NCBI GenBank assembly: GCA_002633005.1
Contig: NMRA01000003.1
Location: 72,458-136,457 of the forward strand
Reading direction: 5' to 3'
From: Phoronis australis
Lineage: Eukaryota > Animalia > Phoronida
DNA length: 64,000 bases
In this document: positions 12,825 to 24,858 of the stretch, in pieces
How the letters are laid out: every line of letters begins with the position of its first letter
Numbering within the stretch: position 1 is the first letter of the stretch
The notes under the pieces: model-generated
Database searches by the model: none
Seen by the model: only the letters and a program-made list of their open reading frames with translations
Told to the model about the DNA's origin: nothing
Program-made: the position numbers and the translations under genes

Positions 12825-13672
12825 ACAAAAGCAAACCAATACGCCCAGCAGTTCGTTACATTTGACAATTTATGACACGATTGGGCTCAGAACGATACTC
12901 TTAATATACTGTAGGAACCAAATTTACAAGGCAAGTGTTTCCGTTCTAGCCTGGAAAGGCTTTACTCGTTTCCCAGGTTGGCTTTACTTGTTATTTTTCG
13001 ACCACTGAGTGGCCAGCGGTTTCCCGCAGCAACTTTTTTATTTTTCAAAAATAAAATTCAACAATATAATCTAGTTTGTGTGTAAATAAATCAACCGATC
13101 GCAATGGGACTGTCATAATTTCGAAAATAAGTTTACGAAAAGCTATCAAAATTTCTTTTAACGCTGCAATCCACCCTTATGGACATAACACGAAAATCGA
13201 ATTAGTTTCTCGAAACATCGGTCTCATAATATCCTTACTTTTGACAGGTTTCTTTTTCAGTTTGGAAATGCTTTGGCTTGAGCCAATTTCGAATTCGCAA
13301 CTTTTAATTTAGTTGTTTAGCTCCACTATAACTAAAATTCTGAAGCCTTTTTTGGAGTCGCTGTGATTTCGATGTTCTAGTTGGCAATGAAATCGAATCC
13401 TATAACCGCAACTATGAGAGTAAACGGGCTAATTCAGTTCTTTATTGCAGTCTCACTGAAACTCAGTTCAGTACACACATGCGCAGAACGATGAATTTTT
13501 AATAAGTAGCGCCCATGCACAACATCTTTCACAAAGTGCAGGATGTGGCGTATTCAAGCTCCGTTGTAGAACCAGAAATTCACTCTTTCCATTTCTCACA
13601 GCAAGAGGGAGTTTCTTATGCAAGAGAATTCACCTCAGTTTAATTTCAAATTCAGATCTTTTCAAGTGATTT

Positions 13673-13678
13673 TTTATT
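13673..13678 (-). terminator. Candidate polyadenylation signal of SLC25A17
   Basis: AATAAA on the minus strand about 400 nt downstream of the stop codon at 14077. Confidence 0.4.
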
Positions 13679-14076
13679 AATTAAACATTAACAGTTACAA
13701 GAAAAACAATTATGAGTATATCTACCATTTATCATAAACAACCAGTTCTTTTTGTTCTATTGTATGCTACTTATTGAAGTGACATCATAATTTGACTTAC
13801 ACTGACAAAGCAAGTGACCTTATATTACAGGCCTAGAGTAATGTCTGAATAAATTGTTACATTTGTTCTGGTAACAAAACGATGTCAAGAACTCACTACT
13901 ATGATCTAGCAAGTTCTGGGTTTCCTATCATGCATGGCTATGTATAATATGGAACGTTAGACCATAATGACACTACGCTCATCTCTATGTCGCCTCCCTC
14001 GTCATGTTCTTCCCAAGTTGATAAATGTGACAAAACTCCATCCACTTCCATTATGACACAGACACCAAGATGACTG

Positions 14077-17000
14077 CTATCCTTGCTGCACTGGGTGGTG
14101 CCCCATAATAGTAAATATTAGGGACGCTATCTTTTCATAGGTCATAAACATCAGAGCAGCAGTTAGAACTGTCTGCAACAATTTGGCTTCCAAGCCCTTG
14201 TATATGCCCTGGACACCACTGCTTCTGAAACAAACAGCACAGAAAATTCAACCTCACAATAAACTGTTGGTGAGATGGGTTTGTGGAACAAAGAGGTTGC
14301 CCTCAACTTTCCAGATAAATCAAGGAACAAACTCGCGAGGGACAAGAACCAAAACCATTATTAGTGGAACGCAATGTATTTCTACAAAATATAACATTTC
14401 TACAAACTATAACAACCCCGATGAGATGTGATCAGCAACCTAACAAAATGGGGAGGGAGACACCAAAAACATGTCAGACAACAAAAAATCCCATTTAATG
14501 CCAAATGCTGTAGAAACCACTTTAAAATCAACATGTAGTATCCACTCCTTCGTGGAAAACTATCTGCGGTAAAGATTTTTGTGAAGATTCACCAAATGGA
14601 AAAAGTGGCACTTGGTGTCACAATAGATGTCGCCACCAACACAGGGACACAACAGACACCATTTGATGAATGATTCTGGCAGATACAGTGGGACATGGTG
14701 GACAGCCGTCAGGAGACAAACAGACTTGACATCAATAAGCATCCACATAAATTAAAGCTAGTGCAAAAATATATTTTTTTTTATTAAAATACCTATCAAT
14801 TGCCAACAAATCCAAATTCCACTCATTTTTCATTTAGTTAATTCACAACTCACCTGATTAGCTGTATAAAAGCGACTAAAGTATTCTGAGTCTTGTCCTT
14901 CAAATGACCGGCCTAAAATACAAAGCCAGAATAATAAATATTATTGACATCAGACTGTAGTTTTCAAATAATTGACAGTCACATTTTTGGTAAATTTTGT
15001 AACATTTTCTGTCAATTTCTATTAATTGACCAATGAAGACTTTATGATTTCCTTTGCACTTTGACTGAACCACCAAGTTGAGTTTGACGTCATTTTTTTT
15101 GTAAAACTGAAACACTGTAACTGAAAGACAACAAAAAGTCCTCTGTAGCACATACACACCTAAAATGAACATTTACATTAATCTGCAAATGAGCATCACA
15201 GTGCCACACCCTCAATTAAACTGTCCTCTTTCATGGAAGCTGGAATAAATAATGTATGCTTGACCTAGTTTTCAAAAGATTAAACCTCTAACCATATTTT
15301 GTGCTGAGATGAATAAGTATTCTACCTTACTCAGCATGCCAAAATTTTTTACACCTGTAACCACAACTGAAACTTACTGACACCAAACACAGCACTAAAA
15401 CTTCACTGGCATTAGAATGAGGAGGAATGATAATTTGACTGTAAAACGCTTAACACGGCAGCAGTGTACAACTATGGAACAAGTCCCCAATGCCTGCACA
15501 GCATTATGCGCAAATACGTCATATTCAAAGAGGTGCTGTGATATTTAGGGACGAGAATATAGATGACAAAGAAGCATCACTATTATGGCAAAAACTTACC
15601 AATTTTGGACAATAACAATTAACCTTGTTTTTTCATACTTCAAAATCTGCTAACAAGTTTGTGATTGCTTCTAGTTTCTCCAAACATTGTTGGTAGATAT
15701 GCAATGAAACACAAGAGCAACGCAGAGCATTGAAATGCGCCCACAATTGCACCGTATACGGTATACTTCTAGGGTTGTTTATTGGTACCATAAAGTGGCC
15801 AGTAGAGGGCATATATGTAGTATGTTGTACTTTGCAAAATGGAAAGGCATGGTCATTGTCTCCTCAATAGGCTAGGGGCAAAATAGGAGTGATCTTCATA
15901 ATACAAGCACATCCTATACATCAGTTGCTTAAAGCACCACAAAAACATAGAATTAAAAACAAATTTACCACCATAAATTTAGTAAAGATCCTGCAAACGG
16001 TTTGGGAGATACAGCCATGGGAGCAAAAAAAAAATGCCACTTGGAGGCGCCACAGTAATCAAAGTCATGGGAAATTCAGCGTCAACCGTCCTCTTCATAG
16101 TAAGAACATAAATGCCCAATTTTCACAATCATACTTAGAGCGGTTTGGTTGATAGAGGGGTGGACGTCAAAAAACAGACTCAAAAACAGTAAAAATGGCT
16201 ACTGCGTGTCGCAAACTAGGTTGAATCCATCCGAAAACGAGAGGATAGCATCATCGCACTAATAGGTGCCTACATATCAAATTTCATGAAAATCTGTTAA
16301 GGACTTTTGAAGATACAAAGGTAAATGTAAAAAAATAAAATTGCCACTAGGGGGCACACTGGTATTCGGATCCGTCCAAAAGTCGTCATAGTCTGTTGCT
16401 AACATCATATAAATACACTTATTAAATTTCGTAAAGATCCTGCGAACAGTTTAGGAGATACAGCCATAGGCGCAAAAAAAAACTACCACTAGGAGGCGCC
16501 ACAGTAGTCGAAATCGTCGGAAAATCATCGTCAACCGTCCTCTACATAGCAAGCATATACATGCCAATTTTCACAATCATCCTTTGAGCGGTTTAGTTGA
16601 TAGAGGGGTGGACGCAAAAATACAGACTTGAAAACACTAAAAATGGCCACTAAGTGGCGCAAACTATGTCGAATCCATCTGAAAACGGGAGGATAGCGTC
16701 ATCTCACTAATAGGTACCTACATACCAAATTTCATGAAAATCTGTACAGGACTTTTGAAGATACAAAGGTAAGCGTAAAAAACTAAAATTGCCACTAGGG
16801 GGCACACCGGTAGTCGGATCCGTCCGAAAGTTCGCACATGCTGTCCCATTCATGAATGGAACATATGTGCCAAATTTCATGAACGTATGTCAAAGGGTTT
16901 TGGAGATAGAGCAGTGGACGCCTGACGCCGGACGGACGCCGCCCGTACGGACAGACGGACGGAGATGACGGCATAATGCGTCCACATATAAATATGTGGG

Positions 17001-17356
17001 CGCATAATAAAAGACTATATTTAGCTTGTGTTTTACTGGGGGAGCCAGAATACTGTTGAGCTGGGGGTCAAAAGGGGCACTTCATCTGTGGTAGAGAATC
17101 TGATGGAAGATGAATAGATGACAGAAGGAAAGATAACTGATTCAGTGAAAAGTCCAGTATGCTTGACAAGCATCACACAGAGAAATGTGGAGAGACGACA
17201 AGTGACACTTTGTTGTAGTCATGTGAAGCACGACTTACCCTCAACCTTGATTGAATAACCTGTAGTGGGTATGTTGCCACTGTTGCTACTGTCTTGGCTA
17301 TGGCACCAATAATGAAATACATAAGTCCGCTGAGCACCTATAAGGAGGCAAATATC

Positions 17357-17395
<39 letters not shown>

Positions 17396-20300
17396 AATCA
17401 TTACCATATGCAGATTAGTTAGATTGCCATGCACCCAACATTCTGAATAATACATTTTTCAACTTTTTAACTCAAGCTTCTTGCATACATAAGGCAAATG
17501 TGCCTAATTTTTTAATAGATACAGCAGGAAATCTGTTGTACACCAATATAGGCATGTCTTATATACTGTTTTTTGTATGCCACTTGTCTATTCTTTGTAC
17601 TTTTGATATCTAAAAATAATAAATTCGTAAAACTGACTGGCATGCTATTTAAAAAACTCACAAGCATATCATTCAGCAATCAGATAATCCCCGGCATGTG
17701 ACGAGGGCTGAATAACAATAGGTCTAATATCATATGATTACTGAAACTATTGTCAGGAAGCGTTCATGAGCATTTTCAACAAGTAGGTGAAAATTCGGAA
17801 TCATTGCTCTCTGAGAGGACTGATAAATATGATGATCAAACAGTAATATGTACAACAAGGCATTTCTGCATAAAATTCGACTCACTTGTTAAATCTGTGA
17901 ATATTCCCACAATTATGTCTGGACTACACTTCTGACATTCATTTAGGGATACTAACTCGAGTTGAAACCGTCTTGCCAGTATCACACACATGACTAATGA
18001 ATTATACACACAGAAAGAATTTGAGGCAATGTCAAAGTATAATCCCTGACCAGTGAATTATTTTACATTGTAAAGAGTTTGTTAAAGTGATTTATTTCAA
18101 AATAATCTTCATTTTCAAAACAAAAATATTCACATGTACACAGTTACCTCAGCTCCAAATATTCACATGTACACAGTTACCTCAGCTCCAAATATTCACA
18201 TGTACACAGTTACCTCAGCTCCAAATAACTGTTGAAAATATTTCTTAAGAACTTCATACACCATGAACTGAACAGCAGGGTTCACTACAAGAACTAACGA
18301 GGGCAGAGTCCCACTCCATAACGCAAGGAGACCCTCGCGTTTGGTAATGGTTACAAGAGCATCTACAAAAGATGAGAGCAATGCAAAGCGTTAAATTACA
18401 TCCATGAGTGCAATGAAAACAATATGCCTTAGATATGTATAATCAGTTCATGTAATTTGGCCCTCCATAACACTGTTTGATTCTACAGCATTAATCTTGA
18501 GATATGTTGGAGATGTTACACACAGAAGAGCACTTCCTAGTACAGATGTGTGCAAATCAAGAAAAAGTTAAAATTCAGGAAAGATAAATTGTAAAATGCC
18601 AACAATTTCAGCTGTCACTTTTTAAGCAATAATTTTTTGAGAGTTTTTTCAAAGTCCTCCCGAGAAATGTTAGAAGTGTTGCGCACAGAAAAGGACTATT
18701 CTCTGAACGGACGCACCGACACCCAAACAAACACTCAGACAGACAGAATGATGTCTACCACAACTACATTCCCTTTACCTCCAGTGAGGGGTGTAACGAC
18801 GGGGGACTTTATTCATTAGTATGGCCTAAGTTACACAGTTATGATGTTAACAAGATCGGTTCTGGATTGAGTGACAATGATCCCATGATGGACAGAATTT
18901 TCCTTATTGTATAAAAGATATTTTGAATTACATCAAACGTAAGACCATCATGTGCCTAAAAGAGCTTTACTTTACCGAATATGCCTGCATATTTAGGAAT
19001 TCTGGTCTCTTCATCGGTCTTCAGCTTTACACCTTGCAACTTAAGTCTGGTGTTCACAACCCACAGAGGAGTAGTGACAAGCACATTGACAATGCCTGAA
19101 AGTATTGACAACATGGTGAATGATCTGTGGCTAGGGAAACCCATTTTTCAAGACTTCCATTAAAACCAGACAAGTGGTAGCGTGTCTCGTAGTAGAAAAA
19201 ACGTGGAAATACTACCATGGAGGTCAGTTATAACTTGGCTGAAATACTTCACAGTGCTTCAAATTATAGACAGTTCTATTCCATACTTGTGACCATCCCA
19301 TACAGAAAGGTGTTGATATGCACACACTACACATGCCAAAATTATCAGAAATGGACTGGAATTCTCCGTCATGATGCCTGAACGCAAGCAGAGTAGCTAG
19401 AATGACTCATCATGACAGGTCATAATGGGTTGTTACCCGTTATTATGTGGAATCGGTAATTTGTCTGATTACTTTTGACGATTTATAGTAGTTTTACAAG
19501 TGATGAAAATATTACCAGCTATGGCAGCCAATAGCAGATTTCTCAGTGGTTGTTGGTGATTGGTGGCCTCCAAGAATATTGCTTTTAACCCGTTGTATGT
19601 GTAGAAGTAGACAAAGTTGGAAACGCACAAGCTGGAAACGACGGGGAACCAACCACGGTACAAAGCTGAACTAAAATACACAAGAAAACTATCATATATA
19701 GACAAGCTCAAATTCACCAAAAACTATGAATTAGCAATTATGCACATTAAAATCGAATGGATGACATTGTCTACATTTGCTCTTTAAAATATTTGATTTT
19801 TTGGTTGCCAAGTTTATAGGTAGCAAACACACAAATTTGAGTAGCCAAACACTTTGAGTAGCCAAAGAGCCACAAGCCAAGGGCAGTGTAGACTAGTGTT
19901 TAACACTCGACTAAGTATAAAACGGAGTGCATCTTGTAAGTTATTCATTTTTTCTAACATGCAACAAACTCAACAACAATTCTATGCAGCTAAATGACCA
20001 AATCCCGGCACTGATGAGGCTATCAGCTATGGGACTGTTAGAAACATCAAAGTCTGCAGTGAATGTTGTGCACAACAAGACTAGAAGAGTACTACCGGTA
20101 TGATAGTACAGTGATGCTCAACACTAACTGTTTATCTGTATTTTTGTTTGAAACAGTGAGAACAGTAAAATTAACAGAGTAACGGAATTGACCTATTGCC
20201 AGGATTTTGAGTGATGGCTTAACTGACCAATCAGAACACAGCATTCTTGCCACACCTTCGATTCCAAGCCGCCATTTTACCCGACAAACAACACGGTGCC

Positions 20301-22400
20301 GGGTAAAACTTATAGTTTGTTTGTCGACATTTCTCAAGGGGCGGCGCTTGCAATAGGTCAATTGTTGATGGCAAGGAAGTAATTTAAATTGGAAGCTGCA
20401 ATAATGTAATTACATTCCTTCCTCTGCCACAATCTCTTTAATAATGAGCGGAGAAAACTTAGCTTGGCGATGGTCATCAACTAGAAGAAGAAACAATAAA
20501 CCAACGTAAGCAACAGGTAAACACAGATTACCATTCATGCAGTTAAGTTCAACCAAAGAAAGTTACAATAACTACACACAATACGATTGTCAGGTAAACA
20601 CAGATTACAATTCATGCAGTTAAGTTCAATCAAAGAAAGTTACAATAACTAGTACACACAGTATGATTGACAGGGCACGTCCAACAGGTGTTGCAGAAAC
20701 ACAAAAATTAAAGGTAGTTAATATGCATGGTACGATCGTCATTAACTCGAAAAAGTAATCAGTGGTAAAAAAATGAAACTTCTATCTAGTCTAGATACAT
20801 CACAGATTGATAATCTTCTCGGATTATAGTGGTAAACAGGATGTCTGAACCACAGAAAGTGTGTTTTCATACGAAGCCATACTGGCGTAATACAAATGGC
20901 AGAGCTTCCAGACAGTTTTAGATCACTAACTTGAACAACATAAAAACCTAATTGGGAGACAGAGAGCAAATTGGACAATAGTAGGTGGTGTGATGGTAAT
21001 TATATCCATCCAAAAAGGAACATCTGTATGTGCCAGACCATGCATTTGCTTCTGTGACAACTTTCATCATGGAATACTTTGCCAACAATGGGTACTTGGA
21101 TATGTGGAGCCATCCAAAAGACAACAGATGGTGGAGAATCCCAGCATGAAACTCCGTCGCTTGTGACTTAACGGACAGGTCTGTGTTCTATGACAGCTGT
21201 AACTGTCCGAAATTTGACAGGTGGTGCCACATGTCTCCACATGCCCCTCTGTCGAGTTTCGTACATCTTTGAGCCACTCAATAGCCAACAATTATCTTGA
21301 GAAAAAATAAAACGGCAACCACAGGCTCCAGGAGCAACATCCATACCACTACCAACCTTGGCGGTCAAAATTGCACTTTACAACGAGCGTGAGCCAGATT
21401 TATGCACAAAGGCAACATGGTTATACCAGTGAGCTCATTTGGTACACCGACTAGCTCTGTAATTGAGTGCGTGTATTCTGATGACTCCTAAAAATGTTAC
21501 TAACATTCAGTTCCACAGAAATCAATTATCCTGTCCAGTAAAGCTGATCACAACCTAACATTGGTTGGCTGTCTGATTCTGGGTATGTAATGAACCACGG
21601 ACAATGAAGTGCGTGAATCCTACTCTGAGAATTATCAGCAGTGTATATGGAATGAGCAGTGGTCCATCATGTACTTCTCAGTCAAGTTTCAAAAATTTGT
21701 CAAACCAATTTTACAATAAACAACGAACACAGGACACCTTTCTAAAAACAGAAATAGCCAACAGAGGGTGCTATGATGATTGGACCCTTATGCATATTAG
21801 CACAATACTGCCATAACCGGTCATAGCTAAGATTCATCAAGATCCACCGGGTGGTTCAAGAGATAATCAGATGACAACCCAAACTAATGGCAAACGGATT
21901 AAGAGTGCAAAATGCATTCAAAAACATTTTGTGGGTGCATAAACATTCTTGGTAATAATGAGTAATAAGTGTTTACCTTGAAGTCGAAATCTCGCAGTAT
22001 CAAGAGGGAAGAAAACAGTCATGGCAGTAACACTGCCCTGCAACAAAAAATAACATGAAGTTTAAATTATGTACAGATATAATATCAAAATTAGTTTGAA
22101 GACACCAACGCTCAGCTAAAGATTAGAATAAATAGCTAACACTTTCTATTATAAAAATGGAATATCCACACATTCCCTTTTTGTGCCTGCTTTAACTTGA
22201 AACATTCAGAAGCGTTAAGCAAACAAAAAATTATGTTTACATCAGAATACAAATTACATGTTTTTCACAAGTGTTCAAAAATTTTTAAAACGAATGGAAC
22301 TGTTTTGGAAGGAGGATGGCAAAAAAAGACGTGTTACCACTGCTCCAGACACTGCGTGCACCAGGTTTCCATAAGTGAACAAATCCTTGAGAGCAGCCAT
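14077..22400 (-). CDS. SLC25A17: Peroxisomal membrane protein PMP34 (mitochondrial carrier family), complete, about 306 aa
   Basis: Nine minus-strand GT-AG coding exons totalling 921 nt: 22338-22400 ([21 protein letters not shown]), 21977-22037 ([20 protein letters not shown]), 20414-20480, 19516-19670 ([27 protein letters not shown]), 18976-19095 ([19 protein letters not shown]), 18214-18362 ([28 protein letters not shown]), 17239-17337 ([23 protein letters not shown]), 14854-14912 and 14077-14224 ([26 protein letters not shown]...TAG). Three carrier repeats are present, including the PMP34-typical PLWVVNTR. Confidence 0.96.
15711..17008 (+). mobile_element. Helentron-associated non-autonomous element (HINE / DINE-1 / pearl-like) with internal tandem repeats
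   Basis: Starts ACAAGAG. Subterminal repeat atgcgcccaca (15735-15745) is inverted at tgtgggcgcat (16995-17005). There is a 3' hairpin atgcgtccacatat-aa-atatgtgggcgcat and a GACG/GGAC microsatellite at about 16915-16965. Two ~449-bp tandem units start at about 15974 and 16423, each built of ~150-bp subunits. Confidence 0.8.
17356..17394. repeat. (CAA)n microsatellite, about 13 units
   Basis: Read directly; it lies just upstream of the acceptor of SLC25A17 exon 17239-17337. Confidence 0.95.
18124..18226. repeat. Perfect 33-bp tandem triplication spanning an SLC25A17 splice donor
   Basis: Unit aaatattcacatgtacacagttacctcagctcc at 18124, 18157 and 18190. Confidence 0.95.
18500..18810 (+). mobile_element. 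Degenerate HINE-like element remnant
   Basis: acggacgcaccgacac...cagacagacaga microsatellite followed by a GC-rich cccct...gagggg hairpin-like end; boundaries are approximate. Confidence 0.4.
20514..20674. repeat. Tandem duplication of a ~78-bp unit
   Basis: caggtaaacacagatta..ttcatgcagttaagttcaa.caaagaaagttacaataacta occurs at 20514 and 20591. Confidence 0.9.
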
Positions 22401-23147
22401 GTAGACTTCAAATGGAGAACCGGTCTTGATATCAAACAACAAGGCTGACTTTCTTCTACTAGACCATCCTGTAAAGAAGACATTGTTATGACAGGTGTGT
22501 AGAAGGGAAAAAGAAATGATAGACAATTTATCCTTTCAGTTTCCATGATGCAAGCATTGCAACCGACACATAAACTACCAAACAAATCTAATGTAAAACA
22601 GACAAATACACGCTGTGTTAATAACATTTGCTGCCAGTTAAACATTCTCACACAGCTGTAAAATGAACGATTGCATAAAACAGTTATAAAATATGGAAAC
22701 AAAATCTTTTTACACATGAAACCATCTCATGTTTCATTTTTTCATTTGTTTTTGACCTCAAGTCAAGCCCCAGCCACGCACGTGCATTTGTCATGTCAAG
22801 AAGGTAAAGATATACTAAAACTGCAGTAACTCAGTGAAATTGTATGAGCTTTACTTGTCTGCACTGATTCATCGAGACAACTTGGTGCTGTGCACTGCTG
22901 TCATTAGATTACATTTTATGGATAATTTGTTACGAACAGAGCTGCAAACATACCAAAACACACAAGCTGGAATTAGGAGACAAGGTACCAGCAACCATTA
23001 CTTGGTTAGTCAGTTTTTCTCTGTGAGGCGTATGTGGTAACACGGTGTCCGATTAGGTTCTCCGATGATTTGCTAGTTGTGTTTTTTAAAGATCAGTCAG
23101 AACATAAATGTGGCTTTCAATGACAATATATAGTAACAGAACCATAC

Positions 23148-24144
23148 CTGAAAGTTACATCTTTATTTCAGTAAAGAATTTGCAACAATCCATTGTACTT
23201 CCAATTACCGTCAGAGGCACTAAAGTCGTGAACGATCTTATTTCCTCTTCTGCGCGGTCCTGTTACATCTGGCGTTGAAGTTTCCAACGTTCGTCTGCTT
23301 AGGAACATCAAACGAATACCCAGACGTGTTCGTATTCACAATATGATAACAAACAGTGAGTGAGTGGCTTCTTTTTTCAAATGTATCTTAAAAACAGCAT
23401 ATTTCACTAATTCACTTTTTTGTGCGTTTTTGGGATATATTTCCGAAGATATTTATCGTTCAGATTTACTCAAACACGCGCTCCAGGGGTAGCTTGAACA
23501 ATGTATCAAAATGTCCAAGGGTCGGTCAAGTTTTGTAAGGCCAAAACAATAAAATACAGAGCGATAATTGATGCTGGGTTCTTAGTGTTTTACATGAACA
23601 ACCTCATTGAAAACGTCTCTGCACATCAGTTAGGTGCAAAACATATAACAATTTATTTCAATTGAAACTGAATTACTAAACAATGCAATGCATTTCTATG
23701 TCATCTAGAGTAACTGTAAGCACTGTAGTTGACTTGTGTGGTCATACTTCGTGCATTTCCGTCTAAATGAAACGTTCACGACTTTAGGGCCTCATTCAAA
23801 NCTTTGGCCTAACAGATGTCGGTTAGTGCCTGGGACAAATAGATACATTGCATAAACAATCCCTGGGTTGCTTTTTGTTCCGTCTGAAGAAAATTTAATT
23901 TCGAAAATATCTTCTGAAAATGAACAAAAAAGTGCATTAGTAAAATCAACAAGTTTTTAAGTGGTCTCAAAAAAACAGTCGGTAAATGCATTAATTTTAG
24001 TCTCAGTTCTTCCACGCGTGTTTCTCCCGAGAGGTTAGTACCTAACGTGCAGACGAGCGTTCCAAATTGGAACGCTAAGTCCCGCGTGGCAGCGCTGCAC
24101 GCGAAACAAGATGGCGGACGACCTTTGGAGACTGACGACGAGAG
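23148..24144. promoter_or_regulatory. Putative bidirectional promoter region of SLC25A17 and INTS1, with candidate non-coding first exons
   Basis: The genes are head-to-head and the DNA is CpG-richer here. A candidate minus-strand donor CAG|GTATGG lies at 23148/23147 and a plus-strand donor GAG|GTAATC at 24144/24145. Motifs: YY1-type AAGATGGCGG at 24108, TCTCCCGAGA at 24023, and GCAGACGA on opposite strands at about 23291 and 24049. An N at 23801 makes the spacing uncertain. Confidence 0.6.
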
Positions 24145-24858
24145 GTAATCGGACTATACATGTTGATACAAGTTTCACGGCACGGTGACGAGCAGATCTA
24201 CACTTGGCTTGACTGTAGCACGTCTACAACATTACCTACAGATTCCAAAAATGTGGTCTGAAAGTACTGCCGTAAAACAAACTTTTTTGTAATTCTGTTT
24301 TGTGAGAGGGTTACCTGAAATCGCAGCAGATTTCTCAGTCGCTTCCCAGCAAAAGCGCAATGCTACTGGGCGCCGCCATTTTGAAGAAAATATCTACAGC
24401 CGAATTAGTGTGCGTTTCTCATCCCCTAACATCTATTCAAGCACACACAATTCCTAATTCCTGAATATTCATGTAAATTTGTACCTCAAAATTGCTGATA
24501 TATACCTGGTTTTCCTAAAATATTTAATTTCCAAGTACAAATTAGCCGCGGCTACAGCTCAAATATACAGTGCCATCTTAAGTCACTTTCAGTAAACACA
24601 GTCCCAGCGTTTTTGAAATAAACGTTTTATGTTTTAAATCGAATAAATACATGCCAAAACTTAAAAAAGCTACTTTTAATTACCAAATATCCAGTCTTAT
24701 ACACAACAAATTCTAATTTTTATTTTAGCCTAATTGTAATAGCGCCCTCTGTTTTGACTTCGATGATGGCCGCTTCCATGGGATGCACTTTTAACTTAAA
24801 AGTTGTGTTCCTGTTTTAGTTTCTATGGTTATTTGTCCGTTCTTACACACACTTTCAA

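Noticed and set aside
22334-22717. 127-aa ORF as the first SLC25A17 exon
   Set aside because: Wrong frame. The homologous N-terminus ([21 protein letters not shown]) is in another frame starting at 22400.
24111-24144. ATG 24111 as the INTS1 start codon
   Set aside because: After splicing to 24820 it is 73 nt from ATG 24859, so out of frame. MDRSK... at 24859 fits the known INTS1 N-terminus and joins in phase to the PPGDFIALG exon.
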